Assembly: GCF_008831285.2 (NCBI RefSeq)
Contig: NC_045138.2
Location: 32,364,001 to 32,428,000 of the forward strand
Direction: 5' to 3'
DNA length: 64,000 nt
From: Nymphaea colorata
Taxonomy: Eukaryota
Positions 50,101-64,000 of the stretch are shown here, in pieces. Made by a program: the position numbers and the translations under genes. The notes beneath the pieces are model-generated. The model did no database searches and was not told where the DNA came from. It saw only the letters and a list, made by a program, of their open reading frames with translations. The first letter of the stretch is position 1. Each line of letters opens with the position of its first letter.

Positions 50101-53100
50101 AGAATGAGCATTCAGTAGCTGGTTTTCAGATTAAATTTTCCCAAAACAGATGTTTGCAAAATCAATAGTCACAAATGCTGCAATTTCCAAAAATATGTCG
50201 GGATTTGAGATGCTAGTCAAATTAAAGTGTTCGATAGCAGAAATAACAACTATTTGTGCCTATGTGGTGATATTTCAAGTAAAACAGGTTCTTCAATCTC
50301 AGCCTCCTTCTCAAGATTCATGAGAAAAAAAATTATTTTAGTTATAGAAGACAGGCCAACTTTATCATCCAGTTGAAGTTCTGGAAATGAAATCTTGATT
50401 TCCTTCATCTGCAGGAATCCATGTTGAATCTCAAAGAACCTGCTATTCCGTCATAGCAGAAGGTTATAGCACAATAAAAAATCTTCTTTAATGAGAAACG
50501 AAACAAAATAATGAGGCCACAAACTCAACCAAGACCAACACGGAAATTGTAATGAAAAAGTGAACATGCAAGTGTATCACTTAAAAGATTGAAATATAAA
50601 GTAATGGAAGTTCCAACTGTGGAGTTTGGATCTAAGGACATCCAAAAACTGTTTTCTCATTTGAACAAGGGCGATAGAATATTTTCTTTAGCTAGTTGGT
50701 CTTGTGAAAGATGTACTTAGTTTTTGCATACTATTTCCTTGCAGTTTCTCAACTTGATTGCTTTCTGCTATAAAGTCATCAGTTGATGGCAATTAACTGA
50801 GTGATAAAAATTTTTCTCTCTTCTTTCCTGTTACATTAAGAGAGGTCTTAATTTGACCTTTTTCTCCTTTGTTATAGTTCTCCTCAATCTAACAGAGTGT
50901 ATTATTCGAATAGGGTGCCTTGGTTGCGAACTATCCATGGGATGGCTCGAAAGACTTGAGGTAATGGCAGTTTCTTTTCATTTGAACAAAAATTAAATGT
51001 CCTTTTCACTAGGGTGTTGCACTTGCTGTTTGCCATGTAAGCTCTGCAACTGTGGATTATTTCTGTAAATTGGCATAAGTAATTGTGGCGTTAAGATATT
51101 AAATCATGGGCAACAACTAGGGGTATTTAGTGATGGAAGTTGGAACTAATGTTTAGATAAATATAAGAATTATAGAAATAGATTTCCACTTCCATTTATT
51201 TATGCATTCATTTCTCTGCATTGTGTTTCCAATACACTGGAGAGATCATAATTTTCTTTTTGCTTCTAAAATTCACAGGCTTTGCTAGTTCTTCATTACG
51301 ATCGAAATTCAGGTTGTGACACATGAGGGGGCGAGTTCCTTAGAGAGTCCATGTTACATATATCTAGATTTTATAAAAAGCAAATAAATAAAAAACATAC
51401 CTTGTAGGCCTTAACTTTGGCCATCCCGATGGCCTGCTTCACACATTTAAAGTTTGGTTTTCACAAGTCCAATGATACATATGGATGCAGAATGTCCAAA
51501 ATTATATGTTTGAAAAAAATTCACGAGGATGTGATGTATCGAATCTATAGACCAATATCTATAAGGGTTTCATCTTTATTGTATCATAAAATCTGATACA
51601 TGTATCATATTTTGACATTTTTCTGCTAATTTAAGCATTTCAATCCATCCATGCCGTCAGTTTTTTGAAAAAACGACTAAAAGTTAAAACCACATAAAAA
51701 GCCAAATCTCTCTCTCTCCTGCTCTTTCTTGCTTCCCCCTTCTCCCTTTCTTACCATCTCCAAATATGACGTCTACAAACAATTTTACAATTTTTTTAAT
51801 CTTACAGTTTAGGCCACAAATTTCTGTATTATTTTCAAAATATGGCAATAATGTCGACAAACAAGGATAATACTGCTAGATAAGAATAAAACTGAAAAAT
51901 GAACATCAATTTTTCATGATAAAATATTGCCAAGTTGAAACTTTATAAAATATAGTTGTATTGTTTGGAGTAAAAAAAATATTTTGTTGATGTATTGTGA
52001 ACATTTTGTCAGTTTCTTTTTAACATTTTAATAGGCATTTTGATTTTTTATAAATGTTTATGTAAGAATTTAGTAGAAAGCCCATAATTTCATTATATTA
52101 TCAGTTATATCTTTTATGTCTTCTGAATTTTTGAATTCCGAAGATTCTCCAGAGAAAAACAATTTTTCCAATTAATACCAAGAAAAACTTCACCAACATA
52201 AACCCGACAGCCATGTCTGTGACAATGAAGTATGTGTGTGTAGTTACTGTCGGCCACTGGGAACAGAATCCTGGACTAATAGTAGTATCTAATCAACTGG
52301 TCGGTAGTTGGGAGCAGTTGCACATGTAGTAATGCTGCGAGAACTTTGAAGACTCTGATGTGCTTTGTCCAGTGAAAGTTTTAAGTGTTGCTGATTTCGT
52401 AGAAATAATGTAAAAGGTGTGCCAAACATCTGGTGTTCTGCATGCAAGCTCCATCTAGAGGAGCCCAGTTAGAAGTTATTCTTAACCAGTGCATGATCTG
52501 TGACCTGGCATTGTTGTATAATATTGATTTTCAGGAAGCAGTATTATGCCTGCCCTGATGATAAAGCATTCCGATATATGGCAAACTTGTACAGTCATTT
52601 TCACTACAACATGTCTCAGAGTCGTGAATTTGAAGAAGGCATCACAAATGGAGCTGCATGGTATGTACAATATAATGTTACCTTCTTTTTCAAGAAAAAG
52701 AATGGCTAGCTGACATGTTCTGGTCTTTGTTTCATTACGGAAAGTTCTTTCTCTTTGTTTGCTTGTTTTCAGAAAAAGATTTGAAGTCCAAAAGTTTTGA
52801 ACTTTAGGTTTGAATTTATGAATTAAGAAATGAAATGAATTTGAATTTCAGGTACTTGTTACAAGTCCCTCCTGTTGTGTTTGGCATTGTCACAACCTGT
52901 AATTTTTTTCTTGAAAGAGATATTTGCAGGTATCCCATATATGGGGGTATGCAAGACTGGAACTATATCCATGGTGGCTGCTTTGAGTTGACTTTGGAAA
53001 TTAGTGATGTCAAATGGCCTAGGGCTGAAGAGGTTAGACACTTATCCTTGTTTCTTCTTCCGAGGAGAGAGTGAATGTTTAAAGAAAATTACCATAAAGT

Positions 53101-56100
53101 GGATGGAATAAACCATCAGCGACTATGGCCTTCTTGATGGTATATGTATGGCTTTTTGTATTCTTTGGAACCCGAAATGTCATGAATTGTGGTTGTGTGC
53201 TGCTAAAATCTAGTTGGTGTCATTCTAGTTTGACCAAGTATTTGCTTGTTATCTTTAAATTTTCCATCTGTACTAACAAGCTGGTTCTCTGTATTTGACT
53301 TGTCTAACTGTGATTTTTTGGGGTTAAGTTTCAATGCAGCTTCACTTCCTATAATGATTCTGTTTTGCGTCTTCATTTAGTTTAATTTAATAACGTTCTG
53401 TAATTGGGCACTATATCTGTTGTACTAACAGACTTAACATATTTTAAGCCTTTCTGAGCATCACACTCATGCTACCTGTTCAGTCTTTTTCACTTTTGCT
53501 TAAAACATTGGCTGTAGCCATGCACTTATCCTGCTTTTTCTGTTTGTCGTGCAGCTTCCTGTTCTTTGGAATTTTAATAAGGCAAGCATGTTGAATCTTG
53601 TAGCGAGCGTTTTCAAGGTACTGTCGATGAGCCTGGACTTGTTAGCATTTCTTTGCTCATTTGATAACTTCGTTGTCCTTAAGACTATTTTCTACTTGAG
53701 TTGGTACGCGATTGTGTATTGGAAAACTGTTATTTTATTATGCCAACTTATCTATTGATCACATTTATCATAGTATTGGCAGTACAACTGCAGAATTTAG
53801 CAATGCAATGGACTCAATGCTTGGAGTATTATCTTTTCTGTTAAAAGCGCTGGTGCAGTGTGCCAGGCAATTGGTTGCGCCTAGAGCCTATGCGGAAGTA
53901 GGCACATTAATGGCACAAAAAAGTTCAGGAAGAAAGGAAACTTTGAAGTTTAAAGTGCAATGGCAAATGTTAATTTTAACTAGAAGATTGAAGCATTTCT
54001 CGATGGAAGTATGTGGTTATCAATTTATAAGAAAAAGCATATTCACAATGCATGATAAACAATGTTAACATGAATGCACATCATTGTTTATTTACAGAGC
54101 AAACAAAATATATTAATTTTCAGAAAGTCAATTGATAAATCATACCTAAAAACCTAAGATTTAATGTCAAATTCAGATTACTTATTTATTAAAAAAAGGA
54201 AGCAAACTTTCTAATACGTAAAACTTAAAAGTATAATTCAAATTACTTGGAGGCCATGGTCGTTCGGTTACATGTTAGCTGGTCTTACTGCCATGTCCAA
54301 CATGTAAGACCAGCTAAATAGTCAAAACATGAAGAACAGTAGTTGATTGGAAGATAGGTGACCTAGGCATATTACATGACTATGCATAAAAAGAGTAAGT
54401 GGTTGCTGGATTCATTGTTGATATGATTTTGCAGCGCCATCTTGACCTGTTGTAGTCTGTTTTAGAGTGGAGTTCATGGGAGGATTTTCTCAGCACTCTC
54501 AGGGCAACCTTTACCCGCTGCAGTGGATATCAAGGGTATTAATTACACGGTATGTCTCTCTCTCTCTCTCTCTCTCGCTCTTTCGCTCTTTCTTTCTAAC
54601 AATATATCCTAATTATTTTGATGTTAAAATTGAAAGTTTTGATTGCTACTTAATATCTGCTGAAATATATGGTAGCTGATATCTAACCGATCCATGTTAC
54701 ATATGCAAAATTGCAAATATTATTTTATTTCTTGAAATGAGTTAGTAGCTGTTAATTACGTCAATATCCATAAAATGCATGTAATGCGTGTGTTATTTCT
54801 TATTGCTGGCTTGGCGGCTTCCATCATTGAGTTGAACTTAAGGGATGATGTAAGTAAATTTGACTCATGATTTTCCTTGCCAATTCTCCACATGAAGTTT
54901 CAATAACAATTTAATCTGCATTCTCTTATCTAGACTGGTAGTGACCAGTAAAGTGATATGGTGGTCCTCATAATTTACTGTACAGAGAGGCTGTCACGAT
55001 AATTCTAGCTCGTATCTTTCTGTTACTTTGACAATGTTTGAAGTACTTGCGTCTGGTATCATTCAAACTCATCCAATTTTATGGCCAAAATTTCTATTAT
55101 TTGATAATTTCTAACTGGAGGTTTGGGCTTTCAAATCATAATCGTCATGATATCGTCTGATTTTCCATCCTTTATTTATCTTCCTTAGCTTTTAATGCTT
55201 CAAATCGGCAACTTAACTGAGAAATAACCTAAAAAATAATGTTCTTATGTTACAATATTTAAGTAGTCAAAAGCAGTAGTTGGGACTAACAGACCCCAAG
55301 AAAAACCTAGGCATTGAAGTCACTTCTATTTGTGAAAAAGATGAGGGTAAAAAGAAAATAGGATAAGAAAAATAAGAAAAATGCAAAATGGCTGTGGGGT
55401 TTTTGAAATTTCTCGAGCTCAAACAATATACTACAAGAAATAATAAACAAAAATAGTTAAGGTTTTTAGGGTTAAATATTGCAAAAGTAATATTCTTTTG
55501 TTTGAGGGACATGGTTGGCTCAACCTGGGCGTCTAAGCTGCCACCCAGGGGCTACGTGTGCTTTTGATTACATGGTACAATGTTGCACCATGTATAAATT
55601 TATTAGGAATGCTTGGTGCAGTCGATTACAGATTTCACCTGGTCTAGAATATGTTGTGTAGTGGACAATTTGTTCTTTTCATATAAACTAGTTTCAAGAA
55701 TTGGATTTTATAGAATTCATTGTCCTGCTTGTAATTAATATGTCAATTTTTAAAAGATTGACTGTAGTTAAATGAGTTTGCCAGTTACAAATTTGGGCAA
55801 ATTTGACATCATAGTCACAAATAACGTTTCATAGTTTTAAACGGTGAGGTTTTTCTTGGGTATAATACGGTGAACTTTTCAAGGGGAAACATATGGTGAA
55901 TTTTAAAAAATTAAAAAAATTAAAAATGAGAGGAAAATAAAATAAGTGAAAAACTAACAACACAAACTTCAAAAATAAGTATATTTCAACAAATAAAAAA
56001 TAAAAAATAAAAAAAATTGTTTGGCATTAAAAAACATGAAAAAAATGAAATAAATGAAAAAAAAGGAAAAAACACAAAAAAACACGTTAAAAACCTGTTT

Positions 56101-58246
56101 TATTTCGCATTTATTTCTTTTTTTGAAAATGTAACTTTTTTAAGTTTTAAACTGCATTTTTTTTTTTTGCTTTTTTTTCGAAAGGAACATGTTTTTTGTG
56201 ACACTGGTTGACATAAACTTTCATGCATGAAATGAGTGCATGTTACAAACTTACAATATTAACATGACGAGGTCCTTGCATCTGTCTGCATATTTTGCTA
56301 CCGATTTCAACATCAAATGTACCTGACAAATTGAACAATGTAGTTAATTTCATATCAGGGTCATAACTTTATGATATAAGTCAGTCTTGCTGTTCTTTAC
56401 ATCATAGGCCTGAAAAATGTGAGATTGAATTGATTTTGCAATAAGATTTCATGGTTTCATATGTCACATGGGTGCGGGTACGATATGGGTGTGGGTACGC
56501 GGACACAGCAATTTTCAAAATTTTTGGATACGTGGACACGGTGAATTTTATATTCTAAAAAAATTAAAAATGATAAAATAAAAAATATTAAATTAATAAT
56601 TCACTCTTACAATCTCATAAAACAGTCCTCATGATCATACAATGAGAAGAGCAACGAAGAACAGAACTATTACAAGCACACTCAGTCACTCACTATTGTT
56701 GAAGAACAGAACTGCTATTCCACGAGTAAGGCAAAACATCAAAATCCCCAAATCGGCAAATAAAAAGAAAACATATCGGACATAGCATTGAAGAAGGGGA
56801 TCAAGATCGATGGATTAACCATCTAATCTTCAAACAAAAACATCTCCAAATCGGCAAATCCAAAAAAAAAAAAAAAACCCAAATGAAGAACATGAAACCC
56901 TAACTTCTAATATCGAAAAGAAAAAAAAAACCACTTACATGTCTGTCGCCGGACACCACCGGACGTCGCCGTGGATCGCCGGACTTCATCGCCATCCCTG
57001 CCATTGTTGCCAAACTCTGCTGTCACCAGTTACAAGCACACTCAATAGTCGCCGGTGTAAAGGTCGAGCGTGAAAAAGCCATCGTAAAGAAAGTCGAGTG
57101 TTAAAGAATGTCGGGTTAGAAAAGTAGTTTGGTTTGGGTCTGACCCAGACCCGATCCAAAACGTATCCTGCCATGTCCACGTGTCGGGATCCGCATGTCG
57201 GAGTGTCGAAAGGGGTACGCGGCCCATTTTGCTGTGTCTGTGTGTCGGAGATGGTTTCTCACATGATGGCACCAGCTCCATGTTGGACTGACCATTCTGC
57301 TAAAGCTATTTGTTGCCTAGGGCAGTGACTAGATGTGCCTGCCTGGTCTGTTTCTGGTGGATTAGTTTGATCAAAATTCTGTGTAGTAATAATTCTTGCA
57401 GTGCATGTATCAGATACATTGCATAAAAAGCATTTGGAAATGTTCTTTCTAACTGGATTTATTGTTGACACTTGACAGGTTAAAGCTGGACAACTTTTTG
57501 GTGATTACCATCGCATGCTTGCTCCTGGTCAGAATTATGAAGGTACATCTGTCGAGGATTCATATTCATTCCATGTATATGTTCATCTGCATTTGGAAAA
57601 ATTCCTTAAATGATTCATTTACAATCTAGTTGCCCCTGTCGATCATTTAGTTGGTTAAACCGACATTCATTAACATAACAAAACATGTCTTTCTGAGCTT
57701 ACTGGGGTTGGCTGAAATTTGTCTTTCCCAGAAGCAATTGTTCCTTGTTTTTAGTACCACCAGAAAAGAGTGACCTGTTTAACCGAATTTTTACATACAT
57801 GGTAAGAAATTTAGGAACGATGAGAGTCGTGCAGTTTATTTAAAATTTTTAGCAGGATCTTCTGCTCATGTATTTTTTTTCCTTGTTTTGCAAATAAATT
57901 TCTTTTCTGTTTGTTGGTGCCTGCAGTTACTGCCTCCATGCCTGGATACTTTCCAAAAACTGCATGGTTTTCTATTGAAGATGAAGCAGTGAATGTTGAC
58001 TTCATTCTGAATCCAGTGGATGGAGAATCAAGAAAACTCAAACCATTAGAGAATAACTGTAAATGTGGTTATGGCGGCATGCAGAAGTCTGAAATGATGC
58101 TGATACTAACAAGGAATCATCTCCAGGTATCAATTGCTGCATTTGCTATTTTGGGCTTTCTTTTATTCTTGTTTAGAAGGAGAATAAATTTCAGGATTCC
58201 AAACAGCAGACAGTTGGTGACTCATAAGAGGGCCCTTGTCCCTTGA
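36409..58246 (+). CDS. SOL1: M14 zinc carboxypeptidase D (SUPPRESSOR OF LLP1 1 orthologue), 15 exons, about 502 aa
   Basis: Exons: 36409-36535, 37945-38015, 38589-38680, 39787-39817, 47993-48049, 48259-48354, 49377-49499, 49703-49807, 50914-50960, 52535-52660, 52930-53032, 53555-53617, 54466-54549, 57479-57542, 57927-58246. All introns GT-AG and phase-consistent (1509 nt). Motifs [40 protein letters not shown] and TLEIS; N-terminal signal peptide and C-terminal TM helix. Confidence 0.96.
40727..41319. mobile_element. hAT-type non-autonomous element in SOL1 intron 4
   Basis: TIRs CTATGTCACACGGGTAC / GTACCTATGTGACATAG; GGGTAC/GTACCC subterminal repeats; 8-bp TSD CCTTTCAT / CCCTTCAT; internal (TA)n tracts. 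Confidence 0.88.
41496..41773 (+). repeat. 5' LTR
   Basis: 5 mismatches to the 3' LTR. Confidence 0.97.
42127..46425 (+). pseudogene. Copia gag-pol polyprotein with one in-frame stop (TGA at 44125-44127)
   Basis: The two long ORFs are in the same frame. [14 protein letters not shown] knuckle, WIVDSGAT protease, WHERLGH..CEVC and HSDVWGP integrase, YKARLVAKG and YVDD reverse transcriptase, YSDADWAG RNase H. Confidence 0.93.
46420..46697 (+). repeat. 3' LTR
   Basis: Follows the PPT; followed by TSD AACTT. Confidence 0.97.
47453..47700. repeat. Three-copy ATGACCAGGGAGAG(G)AGA repeat with (AAG)n and (ATG)n microsatellites
   Basis: Directly visible in intron 4. Confidence 0.75.
51650..52215. 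mobile_element. Probable non-autonomous DNA transposon in SOL1 intron 9 (partial relative at about 47760-47935)
   Basis: Imperfect termini CATGCCGTCAGTTT / AAACCCGACAGCCATG; shared motif TTTTGA(A/G)TTCC..GATT..CAAGAAAAA; no clear TSD. Confidence 0.45.
55810..56206 (+). mobile_element. hAT-type MITE in SOL1 intron 13
   Basis: TIRs CATAGTCACAAA / TTTGTGACACTG; 8-bp TSD TTTGACAT / GTTGACAT. Confidence 0.85.
56459..57250. mobile_element. hAT-type non-autonomous element in SOL1 intron 13
   Basis: Perfect 8-bp TSD ATGGTTTC at 56451-56458 and 57251-57258; imperfect TIRs ATATGTCACA / TGTGTCGGAG; left end resembles 40727-41319. Confidence 0.8.
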
Positions 58247-59139
58247 GTGGATTAGTAAAATAATTTTTGTGGAATATGTATACCATAATTTATTGTAGCG
58301 TCGATTGACCAGACAAAAGCAGCAAGCATTTTTTTCTATCTAAAATGGTTCTGTTGGAAGTTTTTTCTCCTGTCGGTGACAGCTTCCTCTAGCTTGTAGC
58401 ACTGGTCTTTTCTTCTAGCCGTCAAGGGGCATGCCCATCTCCTCTCCTACTCTCTTTACTTACAGAAGGGATGCGTAGTTCAGTCTATCTCCGTCCGTTC
58501 TTTTGCTTGAATTTGTTGCTTTCGGATTATGGTCCAGAAAAAAAACTTACTTCCGGGAAGATGAGTCTTTCTTCATTGTTTCTGGATGACGGGTTGGTTT
58601 ATTAAACGACAGACATGAATTAATCTAATTTGAAAAGGAAAGAAAGTGGAATTGGTGGGGTGGGCAGTTACCAAGATGAAACTGAGAAGCGAGGGGAATA
58701 AAACATTTACTACCTGGAGGTGGTTGACAACCCATTGCTCGAGGCAGTATTGCCAGGTTCCATCATTTAAGACTCAGATGTATAGTACTTATGGGCATTG
58801 AACTAGAGACCTGCTTCTTCTCATGCACTTAGTTTTTTTAGCTACACTAAGCCTCTTAAAACAAAACATTTACAATTGGATAACATTTACAATTGGATTA
58901 GAGCGATAACTTTTCATGTTTAAATGGCAAGAATGGACGGATTCCTTGTAAATGGGGCCGGAGACAGATGAGCAGCATATGACTTGTGTGGTCTTAAATG
59001 ATACCATATGTATGTCACCATAAGTGAACATTATTCAATTTGTCCATTGCAATTAAATCCGGGATAAATTTGGAAAAAGTGCAAACATCCAAGTTTTATA
59101 CTTAAAGATGGACATATACTTGTAATCGTACGTAATGGT

Positions 59140-62100
59140 TTCTTCCCTTCTCTTCCTTCCTTCTCCTTCTTCTCTTGCCGTGAGCAGCCACCCAAGAAGA
59201 AGCCCTCTTCTTTTTCCCCAAAAGAGAGAGAGAGACTTGAGAGAGGACTCGTGAGGAAGGGGCACCATCGGGTGCCCTTCATTTCTCCCTCCCGTCACTT
59301 AAGTGACGGGCCAGGTCGAGTCTTGAGGCTGGACTCGACCCAACAAACTCCCCCTCCAGCTTCAAGAGAGGGAACATACCTGTAAAAAGAACAAAATTAA
59401 TACACTGTCTTAAAGGCAGTCATCCCAACTAGGTCTCTACACATGTCATGTTTCTCCTTAGGTAGAGACTTCGTCATCATATCTGCAGGATTCTTTTCTG
59501 TCTGTATCTTTTCTAACTGAATCAATTTCTGCTCAAGCACATCACGAATCTAATGATATCTGATATCAATGTGATTAGTTCTTGAGTAGAACGCTGAATT
59601 CTTCGCCAAGTGTATAGCGTTTTGGCTATCACAATGCAACACATAGGTCTTCTGACTAAGGCCTATATAATGAAGAAAACTCTTCATCCACAATAACTCT
59701 TTACAAGCTTCAGTTGCTGCAATATATTCTGCCTCTGTAGTGGAAAGAGCAACACACTTCTGCAACCTGGACTGCCATGATACAGCTCCCCCTACAAAAG
59801 TAAAAACATAACCAGAAAGAGACTTCATAGAGTTCAAATCACCTGCCATGTTTGCATCAACAAATCCTTGTATCTCTGGATTAGATTCACCAAAACATAA
59901 ACAATAAGTGGAAGTACTTTTCAGATACCTTAGGATCCACTTCACTGCTACCCAATGCTTATTGCCTTGATTTGACAAGAACCTGCTAACTACACCACCT
60001 GCATAAGCCAAGTCTGGGCGTGTGCAAACCATAGCATACATGAGACTCCCTACTACGAAGGCATATGGAACATTCTCCATTCTTTCTTTCTCATCTGCTG
60101 AAGAAGGACATTGCTCATTTTCCAATTTAAAATGTGCTGCTAAAGGTGTACTTACAGTTTTGGCATCTTTCATGTTGAACTTGCTAAACACTTTATCAAT
60201 GTATTTTTCTTGTGATAACCACAACTTCTTGGCCTTCCTATCACGAACAATCCTCATGCCTAATAATGGTTGTGCTGGCCCCAAGTCTTTCATATCAAAG
60301 AACTTGCCCATATCGATCTTCAATTGGCTAATCAATTGACAATCCTGTCCAACAATGAGCATGTCATTTACATATAACAAGAAGCTACCTGATGAGAACT
60401 CTATTATGTAGACACAATGATCTACGGCTGACCTGCGATACTTTTGATTTATCATAAATGCATCAAATTTCTTGTACCACTGTCTAAGTGCTTGTTTAAG
60501 TCTATACAAGCTCTTCTTCAACTTACAAACCATGTGTTTCTTCCTAGCAACCACAAAACCTTCTGGTTGTGTCATGTAGATTTCTTCCTCTAGATCTCCA
60601 TGAAGAAAAGCAGTTTTTACATCTAACTGTTCCAACTCCAAGTCTAGACAAGCCACCAAACCAAGTATTACCCTGATAGATGACATTTTAACAACAGGAG
60701 AAAAAATTTCATCAAAATCAATACCTCTTTCCTGCTTGAAACCTTTCACCACTAACCGAGCTTTGTATCTCAACTTGCCTTAACCTTCATTTTTAAGCTT
60801 GTAGACCCACTTGTTCTGCAACACTTTCTTACCTTTTGATAGCTCTACCAAATCAAAAGTGTGATTCTTGTATAAAGAACTTTAATCTATTCATCTTTAT
60901 GCACATCATCTAGCACCTCTGCATAGCATTCTGGCTCTCCACTATTTGTAAACATAATATATTCATCAGTAGAATATCTAGTAGATGGTATACGTGTTCT
61001 TTTACCTCTTCCCAATTGCTCCTCAATTGGCTCTGAATGCGAAGGAAGCTCCCCCTCCAACTCATGCTCATAATCAGTTTGAGTATCCATAGGACTGTCA
61101 TCTATATACTGCTCATCTGCCTCTCTTTCCTCTTCCTCTACATTTTCATCAGTCTCACCATGCTCAGATGAAAGTTCTTCAGGTTCTGCATAGGTTGGCT
61201 CATAAACACCACTAGCATTCACACCTGACTTCGTGTCTCCCATGACATCTTCAATAGTCTGATCCTCTCTGAAGACAACATCACGACTCCTGTAGATTTT
61301 GTCATTTTTTGGATCCCATAACCTGTAACCAAATTCATCATCTGCATAACCCAAAAATATTAGAGGAATAGCTTTACCATCTAGTTTGGTCATATGTTCC
61401 TTAGGTACATGCATAAACGCTTTGCAACCAAAAACTCTGAGGTGATCATACTTAACCTCTTCATCTGACCAAACTCTATGTGGAATATCTCCATCTAGAG
61501 GCACTGAAGGAAACTTGTTTATTAAATAAACTACAGTACGCATTGCCTCTGCCCAAAAATACTTAGGCAACTTAGAGCTAGATAACAAACTTCTAACCCT
61601 CTCAATTATTGTTCTATTCATCTTTTCTGCAACTCCATTATACTGTGGAGTATAAGGAACTGTCTTTTCATGTCTAATACCATGCTTTAGACAATAATCT
61701 CGTAAAGAAGATGCTATGTACGCACCACCATTATCTGTACGCAGTCTCTTCATCTTCTTACCAGTCTCGCGCTCAACCGCTGCATGAAAAGTCATGAAGA
61801 TACTACTTACTTCACTTTTGCTTTTCATTGTAAAGGCACACACCTTCCTAGATGCATCATCAATAAATGTAACAAAATAAGATGCTCCACCTTTAGATGT
61901 CACATTTATAGGTCCACGTACATCTGAATAAACTAAATCTAAAACATGTTTAGTTTTTGAAGAACGCTTTTTCTGAAAGGAAACTCGATGCAACTTACCA
62001 ACCAAACAATGATCACATGGAGATATCTATGCACTATCTGCCTTTGGTAACAAATTTTTCTTGGTGAGCAAGTCGATTCCTCTTTGACTCACGTGACCTA

Positions 62101-64000
62101 ACCTCTTAGGCCACAAATCTGACGAAGTACGACCAGTAACTGCATTAACATCCACACTACTGATTTGAGGCTTCATCCCATACAAAGAGCCAAATCTGTC
62201 ACCTCTAGCCAACACTAGTGCCCCATTGATAAGTTTCCAACCTGTCTGACTAAACGAAGTACAATATCCATCTTCACTTAGTCTTTCTGCAGAAATCAAA
62301 TTCATTCTCAGGTCTAGAATATGTCTCACATCTCTTAAAGTCAACTTGCATCCTGTGATCGTCTGAATGCAAACATCTCCTATCCCAACAATCTTCGAAG
62401 TGTCACTGTTGCCCATGTGAACTACTCCAAAATTACTTGCTCTGGAGGATAAGAATAACTCTCTACATGGTGTGGCATGATATGATGCCCCTGTATCTAA
62501 AATTCATGTAGAATCACCATTCTGAACTGTAAGACAATAATTTTCTTCAGATAAGAATAACACTACCTCATCATCTGAAGCAACTGCAGTGTACTCTTTT
62601 GGCTTCACATTCTCTTGAGTCTTCTTTTTCTGCTCTTTTTCTTCTTTCAATTTCCTGCAATCAATCTTCTTGTGCTCTGGAATACCACAGTGAAAGCATT
62701 TACCTGTCATCTTGGGTCTTTATTTGGACCTAGAGTTTGACCTGTCATGCCATTTGTTACGGTTCTTCTGTCTGCCCCTGTCTCCCATCACTAGCACTTG
62801 CGAGCTACCAGTACCAAGAGACTTTCTCCTTGTTTCTTCATTTAGAATGTTGCTGATTACATGCTTCATCGTAAGCACACCATCTGGAGCGAAGTTGCTC
62901 AAAGAAACAACTAAAGTCTCCCAACTGTCGGGAAGAGAACTAAGCAACAAGAGTGCCTGTAACTCATTATCTAATATCCTTTTCATGGCTGACAACTGAT
63001 TGATTATGCTCTGTACTTCATTCAAATGCTCTGACACTGGTTTTCCCTCTCTAAGTTTCAGATTTACTAATTGCCTAATCAAGAAAGCCTTATTCCAAGC
63101 TGTTTTTCTCTCGTAAAGATCATGCAACTTCTGCCATAACGACTTCGCACTGGTCTCTGCGGATACCAAATGAAAAACACAGTCATCTAACCATTGTCTG
63201 ATGGTGCCAATGGTTTTCCTATCCAATAACTTCCATTTTTCATCTGTCATATTCGCTGGCTTCTGGTTCTCAATGGGTGCATATAAGTCTTTACAATACA
63301 GCAAATCTTCCATTTTTGCTTTCCATATAGTCCAATTGTTCCCATTTAATGAGACCATCCTAGAGGGGGTGAACTCCATCCTTTAATAAAAATGCACACA
63401 ATCAACTGGCGCTAACCTGCCTCTGATACCACTTTGTTATAGTCGTGTCCCCCAAAAGAATGCTCAACAACAATAAAAAAGGGCAAACCACCACAAAACT
63501 ACTAAAAACGGAATCATAGGGCAGCGAGCATAAGATTGAATTTCCAACACCAATATTGCAGCAATATATATCAAAATATATGCTAGAGATGCAGAAAAAT
63601 AGGAGACACCAATTTATGTGGAAAAACCCCTAATAATGGGCTAAAAAACAACGGGCAAGAGAGAGATATATTTATATTTCAAAGAGACAATACAACTACG
63701 TTGTTTTTCTTGCAGAGAATAGCATAAATCATTCTCAAGAATGAATAGACAAGAAAACAACAAGAAAAGAGATCACCGTATTTTCTTCTTTTCTTTTCTT
63801 TGTTTTCTTTACTTTCTCTCTTTACGCTTGAACCCACACGACTGCTCAAACCCACAACCGTGCTCTTCTTCCTCTTTCCTTCTTGCCTTCCTTCTCCCAT
63901 TCTCTTCCTTCCTTCTCCTTTTCCTTATTTTCTTGCCGTGAGCAGCCACCCAAAAAAAAGCCCTATTCTTTTTCCCCAAAAAAGAGAGAGAGACGTGAGA
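59140..64000 (-). mobile_element. Degenerate Ty1/copia LTR retrotransposon (Tto1/Tork-like), extends past the window
   Basis: 5' LTR from 63435 to the window edge; PBS (CTCTGATACCA on +) at about 63421-63431; gag 62720-63379, knuckle CFHCGIPEHKKIDC, integrase 60887-62005, RT/RH 59550-60773; PPT at 59348-59357; partial 3' LTR at 59140-59345. Multiple stops and frameshifts. Confidence 0.95.
59410..63379 (-). pseudogene. Fragmented copia gag-pol
   Basis: MEFTPSRMVSLNGNNWTIWKAKMEDLLY gag start, YKARLVVKGF, QLDVKTAFLHGDL and ALSTTEAEY; the catalytic YVDD is changed to YVND. Confidence 0.9.

Overview
Plant (angiosperm-type) nuclear DNA, AT-rich and dense in transposons; no prokaryotic features. 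There is one clearly intact multi-exon gene, a 15-exon M14 zinc carboxypeptidase D / SOL1 orthologue (36409-58246, +, about 502 aa), and one intronless DUF761 (cotton-fibre-expressed) gene (8199-8579, -). A PLS/E-class PPR pseudogene occurs twice as part of a direct duplication offset by about 33.2 kb (1-2293 vs 33230-35522). A head-to-head inverted duplication of a choline-kinase promoter plus exon 1 (about 8670-13410) encloses an NTF2-like gene fragment and abuts the DUF761 gene. A tandem array of about 3.2 units of 1.1-1.7 kb (15951-20360) conserves a 63-nt phase-1 exon-like cassette of unknown identity. Mobile DNA includes a nearly intact Ty1/copia (Ale-like) element in SOL1 intron 4, a degenerate Tto1/Tork-like copia element at the right end, a LINE remnant, at least nine hAT-type non-autonomous elements (most with 7-8 bp TSDs) and a Tourist-like MITE. 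All family assignments come from motif recognition by eye; no searches were run.
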